Positions 38,290 to 50,330 of a stretch of 64,000 nucleotides of DNA are shown one piece after another; within the stretch, counting starts at the first letter, position 1; each line of letters opens with the position of its first letter. This DNA comes from Octopus bimaculoides (taxonomy: Eukaryota): contig NC_068997.1 in assembly GCF_001194135.2 (NCBI RefSeq), positions 10,987,021 to 11,051,020 of the forward strand, in the 5' to 3' direction. The translations under genes and the position numbers were made by a program. The notes under the pieces are model-generated. The model saw only the letters and a program-made list of their open reading frames with translations. It ran no database searches and had not been told where the DNA came from.

Positions 38290-38460
38290 TATATATACAT
38301 GTTTGTCCCCCTACCGTCACTTGACAACTCATGTCGGTGTGTTCGCGTCCCCGTAACTTAATAGTTCGGCAAAAAAGTACTAGGCTTATATAGAATAAGC
38401 CCAGGGTCCGATTTGTTCGACTAAAGGCGGGTGGTCCAGCATGGTCGCAGTCAAATGACT
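38290..38460 (+). mobile_element. SINE family A 3' half (5' half probably in the gap)
   Basis: Collinear with 3065-3240 (gtaactta...gttcggcaaaaaa...gtactaggctta...ccagcatggtcgcagtcaaatgactg). Confidence 0.85.
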
Positions 38461-38464
38461 GCGT

Positions 38465-38532
38465 CATCGTTGTCATCGTTGTCGTCGTCATCATAATTAC
38501 CACCACCACCACCATTATCATCACCATTGTCG

Positions 38533-38588
<56 letters not shown>

Positions 38589-38664
38589 GTTTAACATCTA
38601 CATTTTCATGCTTGCATTATCAGATAAAAATCCTGCTACAACCCAACTTCAACACCCCACCGCC

Positions 38665-38696
<32 letters not shown>

Positions 38697-38895
38697 CAAC
38701 AACAACAAGAACAAAAACAAGGACAACGATATCTCCACTATCACCATTATCACAATTATCATCACCACCATCATCACGACAGTCACAAACCAACCTCAAC
38801 ATCTTCAATGTCACCACTAACAGTAGAGTCACCACGATCGCCGCTGCCGTGACCACCACCACCACCATCACCAACACTATTGCCGCCATCATCAT
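38465..38895. repeat. Compound (CAT)/(CAC)/(CAA) trinucleotide low-complexity region
   Basis: Directly visible. Confidence 0.92.
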
Positions 38896-41115
38896 TCTAA
38901 TTCTCCTTTCACTTTTATCGTTACCAAGTTCAAATAGATGTCTCTAGGGTGCATCCGTATATATGGGATTAGTTGTTGCCCTATTGTATTTCTATGTTAT
39001 AGTTCTGTCTTGTTGTTTTAAAAGTAGCTTTACTTTTCCTGGCGGGCTTTCTTCATGTTTTGACAGTTTGTGAAATAAAATATTTGCAACGTATGCAATG
39101 TTATTTCATTACTCGGTGATTGTATTTCCTATGTGCTGTATGTCTTGCAGCAATGACATAGATTTTAGCTAGTTTAGCATACATTGTTTGTATAATATAA
39201 AAAAAGATGTGTATTTTGTGTATTGAGTCAAACATTATGGACGATAAGGGTATTGACATCTCAAACTTTTTTTATAAATTCTTGTCAGCAAGCGCTCTTC
39301 ATTATATACAGATGATTCGTGTCAATTACTTTGTGGTGCCTCTCGAGTTATTCTGGCAGCTTCTGGTCAGATCGTATGGAACGAAAAACAAACATAATCC
39401 CCGTAGGGTTTGAACTCAGTACGTAAAGAGCCGTAAGTTCATTTCTTATATAGAAATGGTGTCTTGGGGTTGACAAACGTTTCTTATGGTTGGCAAAATT
39501 TTCCCTTGGTTGGCAAACCTGTTACGAAAATTGCCTGTCTGCATAATGTAGAATTTGAGGAAAAACTTCCAAATAAATACTATACATGAATATTAGCGTT
39601 GCCTAACCTCAGCAAAAATCATAGTGTTACGAAGGTTGACATATTTTTAGAACTCATTGCAAAGAATATTCCTTTTATAATCATATTATATGCTCTTTGT
39701 GTTTATTGTTTTAACCTCGCTGTTTTATAACATCCTTTCAACGGGTGTTCTGTAACCGATGAACCCAATTTAAGGAGACCTATGATTACAGACATTCTAG
39801 CCGATACACCACTTTTCGAGTATTTTGGAATTAATGCAGCAGCGTATACTTTTATTTAACTTAATTGTATATAGAGGGATTACTGAGTAATATCAATTTA
39901 GCTACTGGCAAGTAACCACATAGACACATCACATTCTTGACATAATTGGATTTAGTTTTTCGGTTGCTTAGATCATGAATCTCTTTGCAAAAGTCTTGAT
40001 TCTTGTGGTTTGGTCTCAGCCTTTATTCATCTAACTGTACACGGACAACACATCATTTAAAATTTTCTATTCATATTCACAATATAACGAGGGATTTGAC
40101 AAAGTCAAAATGATATATCGATCGGGAAAAAAAACTGACCTTGATAATGTTCCGACGATATTCTGTGAACAATGTCGAGAAAGTATTACGCTATAACATT
40201 TGAAAAAATCGGCAGGGGAGCAATAATTGCCAGTGTTGTTTTGAAATTTATTAATGTTGTATGTATTTAGATTTCCTGTTTCAACTTTTATTCGCTTATA
40301 GATTTTCTCTTACACTTGTTGTCATCGCCCAATGTAACATTGTAAAGTTAATCTAATTTTAAGTTGATGAAGATATCAATGAATTGGTCTTAATGGTGTA
40401 CCATTTAATCGTGACAAGGAGCTTAGCACTAAAGTAGATAAAAGAATTATCATTCACTAGAATTTTATCGAATTCATTATGAGTTGTTCTCATCTCATAA
40501 GATTTCTTAAAATTACTTATGACTTCAGTTTAGGAACTTCATCAAATAAACCAATTTCTATGTTGTCAGTATTCATTATATTTTATTCAATCAGGAAAAA
40601 AAGAGAGCTAATAGGTTGTAACTATTGCAGGATCCCTAGCATTCTGTGAGAGAAGTATAATCGATTAAAACACTCCCAGTATATAACCTCATTTCATTGA
40701 CTGGAATAGATACATTACGTAACCTTATTTCACTGACTGGAATAAATACGGACAACAAAAACCAAACAAACAATATTTATCCTCATATATTTAACTTAGG
40801 AAGCTAAAGACTTTAGAAAGAAATAGAAAGGTCAATGAATGGAAACAAGAAAACATTCTCTCTTGAGTTTATGATTTTCATCACAATATCTAGAAAACGA
40901 TTAGTGTCCAGTTGTTCACTCTAATTCTTCAAATAGTTTCACATTTCCGCTAGACAAATTTTATTACATTTGACACTACATAGTAAATCTCTTCATTATT
41001 TAAAGCAGGCTGAGCCCTACAGTAGAAAATCCTTTACTGGTTCAAATACTGGTTCTCTTACTAAAGATTAAATAGACGGTTATGAACTTTCTGAGAGATG
41101 GGTGGGCAACCATTC

Positions 41116-41364
41116 TATTGGGTTGCTTTATAATTATTGCACCAGCCAAATTCTATACAGCAAAACAATAACAATAACATTTAACAAAAACATCCCTAAA
41201 TGACGGTTTGACCGTATGCCAAGCAAATGGGAAGCAGTAATTGAATTAGATCGTGAATATGCTCCGGAAAAATCATTTGAAGATGTTTTTATTACATGTT
41301 GTTATTGTTTTTGTTGAATAAAATTTGTTGAAAAAAGCCGCAATAATGATGCACCAATCCAATA
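41116..41364 (+). mobile_element. Mariner-derived MITE / internally deleted mariner
   Basis: TA-flanked TIRs tattgggttgctttataattattgc and gcaataatgatgcaccaatccaata; subterminal inverted AAC-rich repeats; internal peptide FDRMPSKWEAVIELDREY resembles the mariner transposase C-terminus (L..RW..VIE..GEY). Confidence 0.8.
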
Positions 41365-42689
41365 CGTTTGCCTATTATTACCTCCCCACCGCACGCATGA
41401 ACATATGCCCGTTTACTTATAAATNNNNNNNNNNNNNNNNNNNNNNNNNNNNNNNNNNNNNNNNNNNNNNNNNNNNNNNNNNNNNNNNNNNNNNNNNNNN
41501 NNNNNNNNNNNNNNNNNNNNNNNNNNNNNNNNNNNNNNNNNNNNNNNNNNATATATATATATGTATATATATATATATATGAAGAGAGAGGAGACAGAGA
41601 GAAACAACGAATAAAGAATGAGTATTGTACATCTACTTTGAAGCACGTTTCGGTTTACAAGTGTCTTGAAATCCCAACACGTGTTTCTGTTTATCAGCGT
41701 CTGTGGGCCCTTAGATGTGATTGTTTCGTGCATCTAACCGATCTATACTAAATGCCTTATAATCAGAATTTTGATTCAAAGATTGGAGTCTTTATATAAC
41801 TGTTTTCAAGGTGTTCTTTATGCGGCACCTAAGACAAATTCCTAAAACATCTGATGATGAGAGAAAGGAATTACTCATATCTTTACTTCCAAATATGATT
41901 TATTCATTTTTCAATTAACGATAATATGTATTCATTTATACAGAAAGTTGATTAGATATTTTCCTAATAAGAAATTTTAGTATTAATTCATTAACATTAG
42001 AGAGACATACGTATTCCTTGATTTAAGGTTTTTTTTTTCTGTAAATGCATTTAATTCTCTTGATGTTTACTGGATTCAATTATCATATCTTATCAGTATG
42101 GGCATATATCGTAAAACCAAGGCGCTAAAATTAGCTTCTTCGCTATCATTTTTTTCTTTTTTGAGAGTGTTTCAAATCTCTGTAACACCGCATGTTTTGC
42201 TCCGATCTCTGCTCATTTACATTATATTGCTCTATCCTCAACAGTTAATAATTTTTTATCATTCTGACCTTGATAAGTTGCTACTCCGAGTTTAAATATA
42301 ACTGGAATTTTAGGTATATCATGTTGTATTACAATCTCCACGATGCTTTCTTCTTTTTCCTTCTACTTGATATCATTTCCCTAACCGCATATGATATGTT
42401 AGGCATTTATCTTTCACTTCATCCAACTGTAGAGGGGAAAAAACCTATAAAACGTTGTGTAAAAATTTCACTTTTTGGATCGGAATTTGTACAATAATTA
42501 ATTGATTTGAGATAAATCAGTCTGAATCGCGAACGATCCAGCTGAATACAATTGTAATTGTTTCTTCTAAATGATTCTAAATGTTTCCTGATATGGTGTT
42601 ATTGACCAAGTCAAGATTTTAACGGAGCGCCAGTATGTTATCTGCCTAAATATTAGATCCCATTTTCTTTTGTGTTAAACACAAACAGA

Positions 42690-42767
42690 CACACATACAC
42701 ACACACATACACGCACATATATATATATATATATATATTGAGAGAGAGAGAGAGAGANNNNNNNNNN

Positions 42768-42822
<55 letters not shown>
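42690..42822. repeat. (CA)/(TA)/(GA) microsatellites
   Basis: Directly visible. Confidence 0.94.
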
Positions 42823-44136
42823 TGTATATGTATATATGTATACATATATTTGTATGTAAGTGTATATATGTATATGTGCGTGTCTATGTGGATTTAAACA
42901 TTATAAGGAGATAGATATATGTTAAAATATTTATTATCTTATCTCAAATAAATCCAACAGACTTTGTCTTAAAAGTAAAAATTGTACCTTCCCTAATTAT
43001 TGTACATGTATATAGTGTTAATTATTTACAAATGGTTTCTGATTTCTGCATATAAATCAAATTTCTCCAATTAAAGGTATTTTTAAATATAATCAAGTAT
43101 GTATACAATCAATTTAGAATTTGTGAGAATCTNNNNNNNNNNNNNNNNNNNNNNNNNNNNNNNNNNNNNNNNNNNNNNNNNNNNNNNNNNNNNNNNNNNN
43201 NNNNNNNNNNNNNNNNNNNNNNNNNNNNNNNNNNNNNNNNNNNNNNNNNNNNNNNNNNNNNNNNNNNNNNNNNNNNNNNNNNNNNNNNNNNNNNNNNNNN
43301 NNNNNNNNNNNNNNNNNNNNNNNNNNNNNNNNNNNNNNNNNNNNNNNNNNNNNNNNNNNNNNNNNNNNNNNNNNNNNNNNNNNNNNNNNNNNNNNNNNNN
43401 NNNNNNNNNNNNNNNNNNNNNNNNNNNNNNNNNNNNNNNNNNNNNNNNNNNNNNNNNNNNNNNNNNNNNNNNNNNNNNNNNNNNNNNNNNNNNNNNNNNN
43501 NNNNNNNNNNNNNNNNNNNNNNNNNNNNNNNNNNNNNNNNNNNNNNNNNNNNNNNNNNNNNNNNNNNNNNNNNNNNNNNNNNNNNNNNNNNNNNNNNNNN
43601 NNNNNNNNNNNNNNNNNNNNNNNNNNNNNNNNNNNNNNNNNNNNNNNNNNNNNNNNNNNNNNNNNNNNNNNNNNNNNNNNNNNNNNNNNNNNNNNNNNNN
43701 NNNNNNNNNNNNNNNNNNNNNNNNNNNNNNNNNNNNNNNNNNTATATATATATGTACGTATATATATAAGTATGTATAAATATATGTGTGTGCATATATA
43801 TATATATATATAAGTATATGTGTATGTGTGTGTACACATACATATTTATTTGTAGATAAATACGTAATTATCGGTAGCTGGAACCCATTACGAAAAGTGA
43901 AGTGTTTATCAACAGAGAGAAATGAATGTATTTGTAAAGCTATTGAATGGAAATTACGTTAATGATTATGATTATAGATTGTGGACGAATCGTCTCAACG
44001 AACGTACTGCCGAGTCTTCATTCCTGTTACAAATTCTTGATGAAGTTCCGAAGTTTTCTGTTTACAATGAAAATATGAGTAGCTAATTGATTCCTACTAT
44101 CTTGATCGAAAATATATAAAATGTCACGATTACGAT

Positions 44137-44139
<3 letters not shown>

Positions 44140-44222
<83 letters not shown>
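44140..44222. repeat. (TA)n-(CA)n microsatellite
   Basis: Directly visible. Confidence 0.96.
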
Positions 44223-47200
44223 TTGCAATTGTCAAAAGTTTCAGCTTTTGTCTGAATATTTCAAATAATTCCTGAGTATGTCCTAACTTTGATTGATATT
44301 ATCAATTATTATAGCAGACGCCAAAGATCGAACTAACAATATTTTACGTTTTAGGTCATCGATCGCTATTTGTGGTGCTTGAAATTGTGGACCTCAAAAC
44401 ATCTCAGGCAGCATAAATGATGAATCTAAGCCAATTTCTCGATGATCAATTCTTGCGAAGACCTCCTTATGACAGCCTTGCTTTTAATCCCTGTTAGAAC
44501 CGAGCACAAATGGCTCGAAAGCCCAGGCAGAGCATCAAATTTCATCCAGGGTTCCAGAGCTCAAAGTCTTAGTTCAAAAAGATATACGATAAAGATAACT
44601 AATTTATTTTGTCGGCTAAACAATGGGAAAGTTACAATTATAGACTGGAGTTATTAACATGTAAAAGAAGTAATATGCTTTATACCCGCCAGTAATAAAA
44701 TAAGCGCTTTTGTTTAGTAACGTACGACTCAGCAATAAAAATATGCACATACATTCCCGGCACATTGTTGCATCGATATTTAGAATGTTGACATTCAGCG
44801 ACTTCACAAGACCTAAAATAACTAATGAGTAGGTGAAAGATCTCATAGATTATGTGTAACAGTCGTATTAAGACACAGTAGAATGACTCATTAGTTTGTA
44901 TGCTTATTCAATACTCGAATACGTTACAGCTCGTAAAGCCATAAACAAGAAAACAACATGTATGGTGATGATACGCTTTTTTGTGAGTGTTTAGCCCAAG
45001 ATCCAGTCGGAATGGATAAACCAAGGAACATATGCATTGTAATCATCTCATTCGTTCATCTTGTGATAGATATCTAAGGCTTTATTATCCAATCAATTGT
45101 TCATTGTTTTTTTTATGATTCAGAGATTCTAATACAAAGGAAATTCTTTCAATAACAGTAGACAGTCGATTGAGCATAATGGTGGGATTCTCGTCGGATC
45201 AAGAATTTCTAAATGACCTGAAGTGTTGTGTCAGTTCAATTTCCTCTAATAATTTATATAAATGAAATTTGATATGCACTAACACAGCGATGCAGGTTTA
45301 GATAACAATACAAGCATCTAAATAACCTATGTATACATATCAATGCGATTGATCGCATTGTACTCGTATTACGTAAATAACAATGATAGGATATAGTATA
45401 CAATATAAAGATATTCAGACATGAAGACAATCTACTAAAGTCAATGACTGTGTTGATTCCATTCTCTTTCCTTGTAAGTCTTTATATCATACATTCATGC
45501 ATGCATATATACATATATCCATTTATATATTTCTACATCCGTATACATGCACACATAAACATACACATCCATTAACAAACCACACTCTAATAGGCATCGG
45601 AAAAACGACAAATTGACAAATATAAGAATGTAAATCAATTTGTTTAACGCGAAAATAATTCTTAAGTACTGTATGAATAGACAGTTTTTGTAACAAAACA
45701 TCACTCTTATTTATTATTTAACTCGTGGATTTGATAACTGTATAATTCAAGTGGCCATTTATGAATCCAATTCTTTATTTTTTATGTATTTCAATATAAA
45801 TCTTTTAAGTTCATCATTCAAAACCGAAATATTTGGAAAGCCTAAGTATTTCAGATGACAAAGTCTCTACAAATGAAATAAAAACCGAGGAAATTGACAA
45901 TAATAGTGATTGAGTGGTTTACGTGTCTAGAGCTTTATATTGTCTTGTTATTATCGAATAATCTTTAATTATATATACAGTTTAATTGAGAAAAAATCAC
46001 ATTAGCTTCTTCGGAAAAGTAAAAGTAATATATCATTGAATATATATTTCTGCTGTGTATTTCAAATACGCTTTAATAATATATCATATTCCTTTCTTGG
46101 CGACAAGTGGTCTACAACAAAAGACTAGATATTATTCAGTAAAAGCTGCTATTTAGTTGTAAGCCAAATACCTCACCTGACTGATAATCAAGGAAATTGA
46201 ATTGTTATAATCTTTTCATGATGTACATAAAAGACTTGCTTTCATAAGAACTTTTGATGTGTCCTAATACTTTCATGTGTGTTATATTATCGATCTTGGT
46301 GCAATAAAAGCTTTGTTTTTATACCATTAATACAATGACTCTAGTTGTATTTTGGAGTGTGCAGCATAAGGTTAACCATTAAAGTTTGAATCAGAATTCA
46401 GTTCCGCATTGTTCTAATAGATTCCATCAGAAACTTCTACTGAGAAAATTTTCCTTTTACAATTTGTGTATTTTAATAGTGATTATAATATAGTAAACTG
46501 AATTTTCATTTTCAAACTCTTTACTTTAATGAATGATTCCAAAGTCAGCTAAAAATTATTTACTCTTCAATACTAGCGCTGTTTACAATCGTGAAATACG
46601 ACTGTTATGCAGCGTTGAATCAACAATTGAACCTCCATATAATTGGTGGGCCTACGATGTATACGTCAGCGAAATCTTCTTTGAATTATAAATTAATGTT
46701 TTACTGTGAAAAAGACGTTTTCGATAATGCAGTCATATATACACTTAACAAATAAAAATAGGGTTTTCACAGTTAGAATGACTTTCATGATATATCTGAC
46801 CAGTGAAGTTCACATAGAACAAAGTAAGAATTAAAACCAAAATACAGCTATTTATTTAATTTGTTGCATATATATATATCGGTAGCTAGATAGTTGAATG
46901 ATCTCCTTTGCAAGCAAGATTATAGAGAAACCTCCATTTACTAAGTTTCTCGAAGCATCTGTGTCATGAGACGTGATTCCTAATTATTCAAGAAGCTTAG
47001 CGTTTCCCTTGGAAGTTTCAGGAATGTCTAGCGTTCCATTAATAAAAACAGATTACTAACCCTGCTCTTCGCTTTTTAGTCGATTAAACTTAGATCCATT
47101 CACGTCATTGCTACGTCCGTCTATTTCTCTACGCCACATGACTGAAAACCACCACTTAGCTGTTATTTCTATATTTCCATCTGAACGTTCTTGCATAGAT

Positions 47201-48484
47201 TATTTCATTCAACTAGATTCTACATTTTGATTATGTATCATCATCGACAAGTAAATAAATAATATTTTTACGTAGTAAATATATATAGTTCTTGAAATAA
47301 TTCTTCATTTCTATACAACTTCATCTCAGCCACATCAACACCTTGTACTGACTACATATAACCACTACACATAAATATGTATCCAGCGATAGGATACCGT
47401 CCGCCTGTTGTTTGACAATCAGACTTTTATCCTTACAATCTTCATGAATAATGTATGTGTCGAATAATCCCGGGTGATTTTCCCCTTTTCCTCATTTTTG
47501 TATTTCATGGATTGTGCTTACAATTCAATGGTCCAATTCTGTCCCATTATGCTACGTCGTTTCCGCTTGAGAATTGCATCAAGAGGTCGTGTATATGTGA
47601 AATAATCAGCTACTTACACGCTAATGTTACCAGCAGAGATTTAGTTGATCACACTCAAGGTCGAGACCGATTGAAAATCTCCCATTACGTATAATGTCGG
47701 TCGTCAGTGAATTTACGAAAATCACATTAATATAGTAAAATAAATGAAACATTAATAAAAGTAATCATCATATAGGAACTTGCACTTTTGTAATTCTCTG
47801 CATCTAGGTCTTTCTCTTTATCTTTGCATCTTTATATTAAGTCATATGTGAACATTAATCATATCACTTGACCATAAACGAATTATTCAATAACAGCCTA
47901 AACGAAATTTCAAGGAAATGTATCAGCAACATAAAACGCCAGTGAGAATTTAAACTAATTTAGAATATTTTGTTGAACGACTTCCGCTTATCTTTTCCAT
48001 AAATTGCATATTCAACGGAGCGAATGAGAGAAAATTTGTGTAGTCATTCAACCTGCTAGAAATAGTAACCAAAATCCCTATAAATCACTGCCTCCTATGT
48101 AAGAGGCGAAGAAGACATTGATTATTGTACACTTCTGCGTGCACAACATTTGTAACACAAAAGATGATTTAGTTGTGTTTAATGCATGGCTAACATTAAC
48201 ACAATATAATCAGGTTTAATCTGAGACAAAACATTAACAACGCCATAAACAATATTGAACACATACCGTTTATCTAAATCAGTGTCAGAAACCCCGAAAA
48301 TAATCTCTTCAATTCAAATAAATAAGGCTTTCTGATATAGGCGATGGTAATGCTAATGGCGTTACGTATTTATATAGCCATACACGTAACTATAAACAAC
48401 CATAAACATAAATAAATACAACATATACACAGTGTATGGAATAATCCCTTATATTGATTGTACACTGCTTGGAATTTTAGGAGC

Positions 48485-48660
48485 GGTTTAAGTCGAATGC
48501 ATCGACTCCAGTATTTGATTGGTGCTTATTTCATCGAGCCCGAAACACCAAAACGCAAAGTTGATTTCGGCAGAATCTGAACTCGGAAAGTTAAGACGGG
48601 CGAAATACCACTACGCATTTTTCCCGGCGTGCTAACGACTCTGCAAGATCACTGCCTTAT
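48485..48660 (-). mobile_element. SINE family C copy, diverged
   Basis: gtcga..catcgactccagt...gcaaagttgatttcggcagaatctgaactc...cccggcgtgctaacgactctgc. Confidence 0.8.
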
Positions 48661-49312
48661 AATATATGGAATAATGAAAGAAAAGATCTTAACAAGCTAA
48701 TCTTAATTCTTTCGAGCATTAACAAGCCCGGATCAACCGAATTTTCTCTTTCGTGCATTGTTTCAGTTCTATGACACGAACTGCATCTGTGAGCTTACAA
48801 ATTCTATATAATATCGAGCACGTCTATATATATTAACCAATATTTCTTCCCCAGGATTACGACCTTACGAACTCAGTCACGTGAAATGTTCTCCCTTTCA
48901 TGGAATGGTAATCTTGTTAAACTCGGAAATGAGAATGAAATGTTATGTTACTAAAAATGCCAGACAAAGTGTCATGTGATATTGAGACGTGTAATATTTA
49001 TGCATCGAGTTAGAATATTACAAAGTCTGTCAAAGTAATTCCTTATAATCTACTGTTAATTTTATCGATTGTTTTGATTATAAGCTCTTTTCCATTATGT
49101 CTACTTAATTATATTATCATATTTTCAATGGTTTCATGTAATCTTCCATTACAATAACAGAATTAACTCTACCCTCCTGCATTTGTACGCAGCTGATGGC
49201 TATCTACCATGTAGGAGTGAACAATTTTGTTTATGAGATACAACTGCAGCACATAATTCAAGTGATTGCGTAGTCTAGTGTGCCATCTATAAGTATTAAG
49301 GAATGATAAGAA

Positions 49313-49380
49313 TTCTTCTTCTTCTTCTTCTTCTTCTTCTTCTTCTTCTTCTTCTTCTTCTTCTTCTTCTTCTTCTTCTT
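49313..49380. repeat. (TTC)n microsatellite
   Basis: Directly visible. Confidence 0.96.
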
Positions 49381-50152
49381 NNNNNNNNNNNNNNNNNNNN
49401 NNNNNNNNNNNNNNNNNNNNNNNNNNNNNNNNNNNNNNNNNNNNNNNNNNNNNNNNNNNNNNNNNNNNNNNNNNNNNNNNNNNNNNNNNNNNNNNNNNNN
49501 NNNNNNNNNNNNNNNNNNNNNNNNNNNNNNNNNNNNNNNNNNNNNNNNNNNNNNNNNNNNNNNNNNNNNNNNNNNNNNNNNNNNNNNNNNNNNNNNNNNN
49601 NNNNNNNNNNNNNNNNNNNNNNNNNNNNNNNNNNNNNNNNNNNNNNNNNNNNNNNNNNNNNNNNNNNNNNNNNNNNNNNNNNNNNNNNNNNNNNNNNNNN
49701 NNNNNNNNNNNNNNNNNNNNNNNNNNNNNNNNNNNNNNNNNNNNNNNNNNNNNNNNNNNNNNNNNNNNNNNNNNNNNNNNNNNNNNNNNNNNNNNNNNNN
49801 NNNNNNNNNNNNNNNNNNNNNNNNNNNNNNNNNNNNNNNNNNNNNNNNNNNNNNNNNNNNNNNNNNNNNNNNNNNNNNNNNNNNNNNNNNNNNNNNNNNN
49901 NNNNNNNNNNNNNNNNNNNNNNNNNNNNNNNNNNNNNNNNNNNNNNNNNNNNNNNNNNNNNNNNNNNNNNNNNNNNNNNNNNNNNNNNNNNNNNNNNNNN
50001 NNNNNNNNNNNNNNNNNNNNNNNNNNNNNNNNNNNNNNNNNNNNNNNNNNNNNNNNNNNNNNNNNNNNNNNNNNNNNNNNNNNNNNNNNNNNNNNNNNNN
50101 NNNNNNNNNNNNNNNNNNNNNNNNNNNNNNNNNNNNNNNNNNNNNNNNNNNN

Positions 50153-50232
50153 GGGTATGTGCTGTGGTTTGCTGTGGTGCTCTTACGTTTACTGTATTGA
50201 AAGTGTTTTGCGTAGAATGTGTGCAGTACCCA

Positions 50233-50233
<1 letters not shown>
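50153..50233 (-). mobile_element. Extremely 5'-truncated R4/Dong-type element (MGTAHILRKTLSIQ* plus UTR), 5' junction in (TAA)n
   Basis: RC aataatATGGGTACTGCACACATTCTACGCAAAACACTTTCAATACAGTAA; GTAHILRK.L is the typical C-terminal motif of R4/Dong RLE ORFs. Confidence 0.82.
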
Positions 50234-50327
<94 letters not shown>

Positions 50328-50330
50328 CTA
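50232..50330. repeat. (TTA)n-(CAT)n microsatellite
   Basis: Directly visible. Confidence 0.95.

Noticed and set aside
38527-38947. Poly-Ser/Pro/Thr/Asn ORFs that look like mucin or low-complexity proteins
   Set aside because: Open in several frames on both strands because they are compound trinucleotide repeats next to a SINE tail
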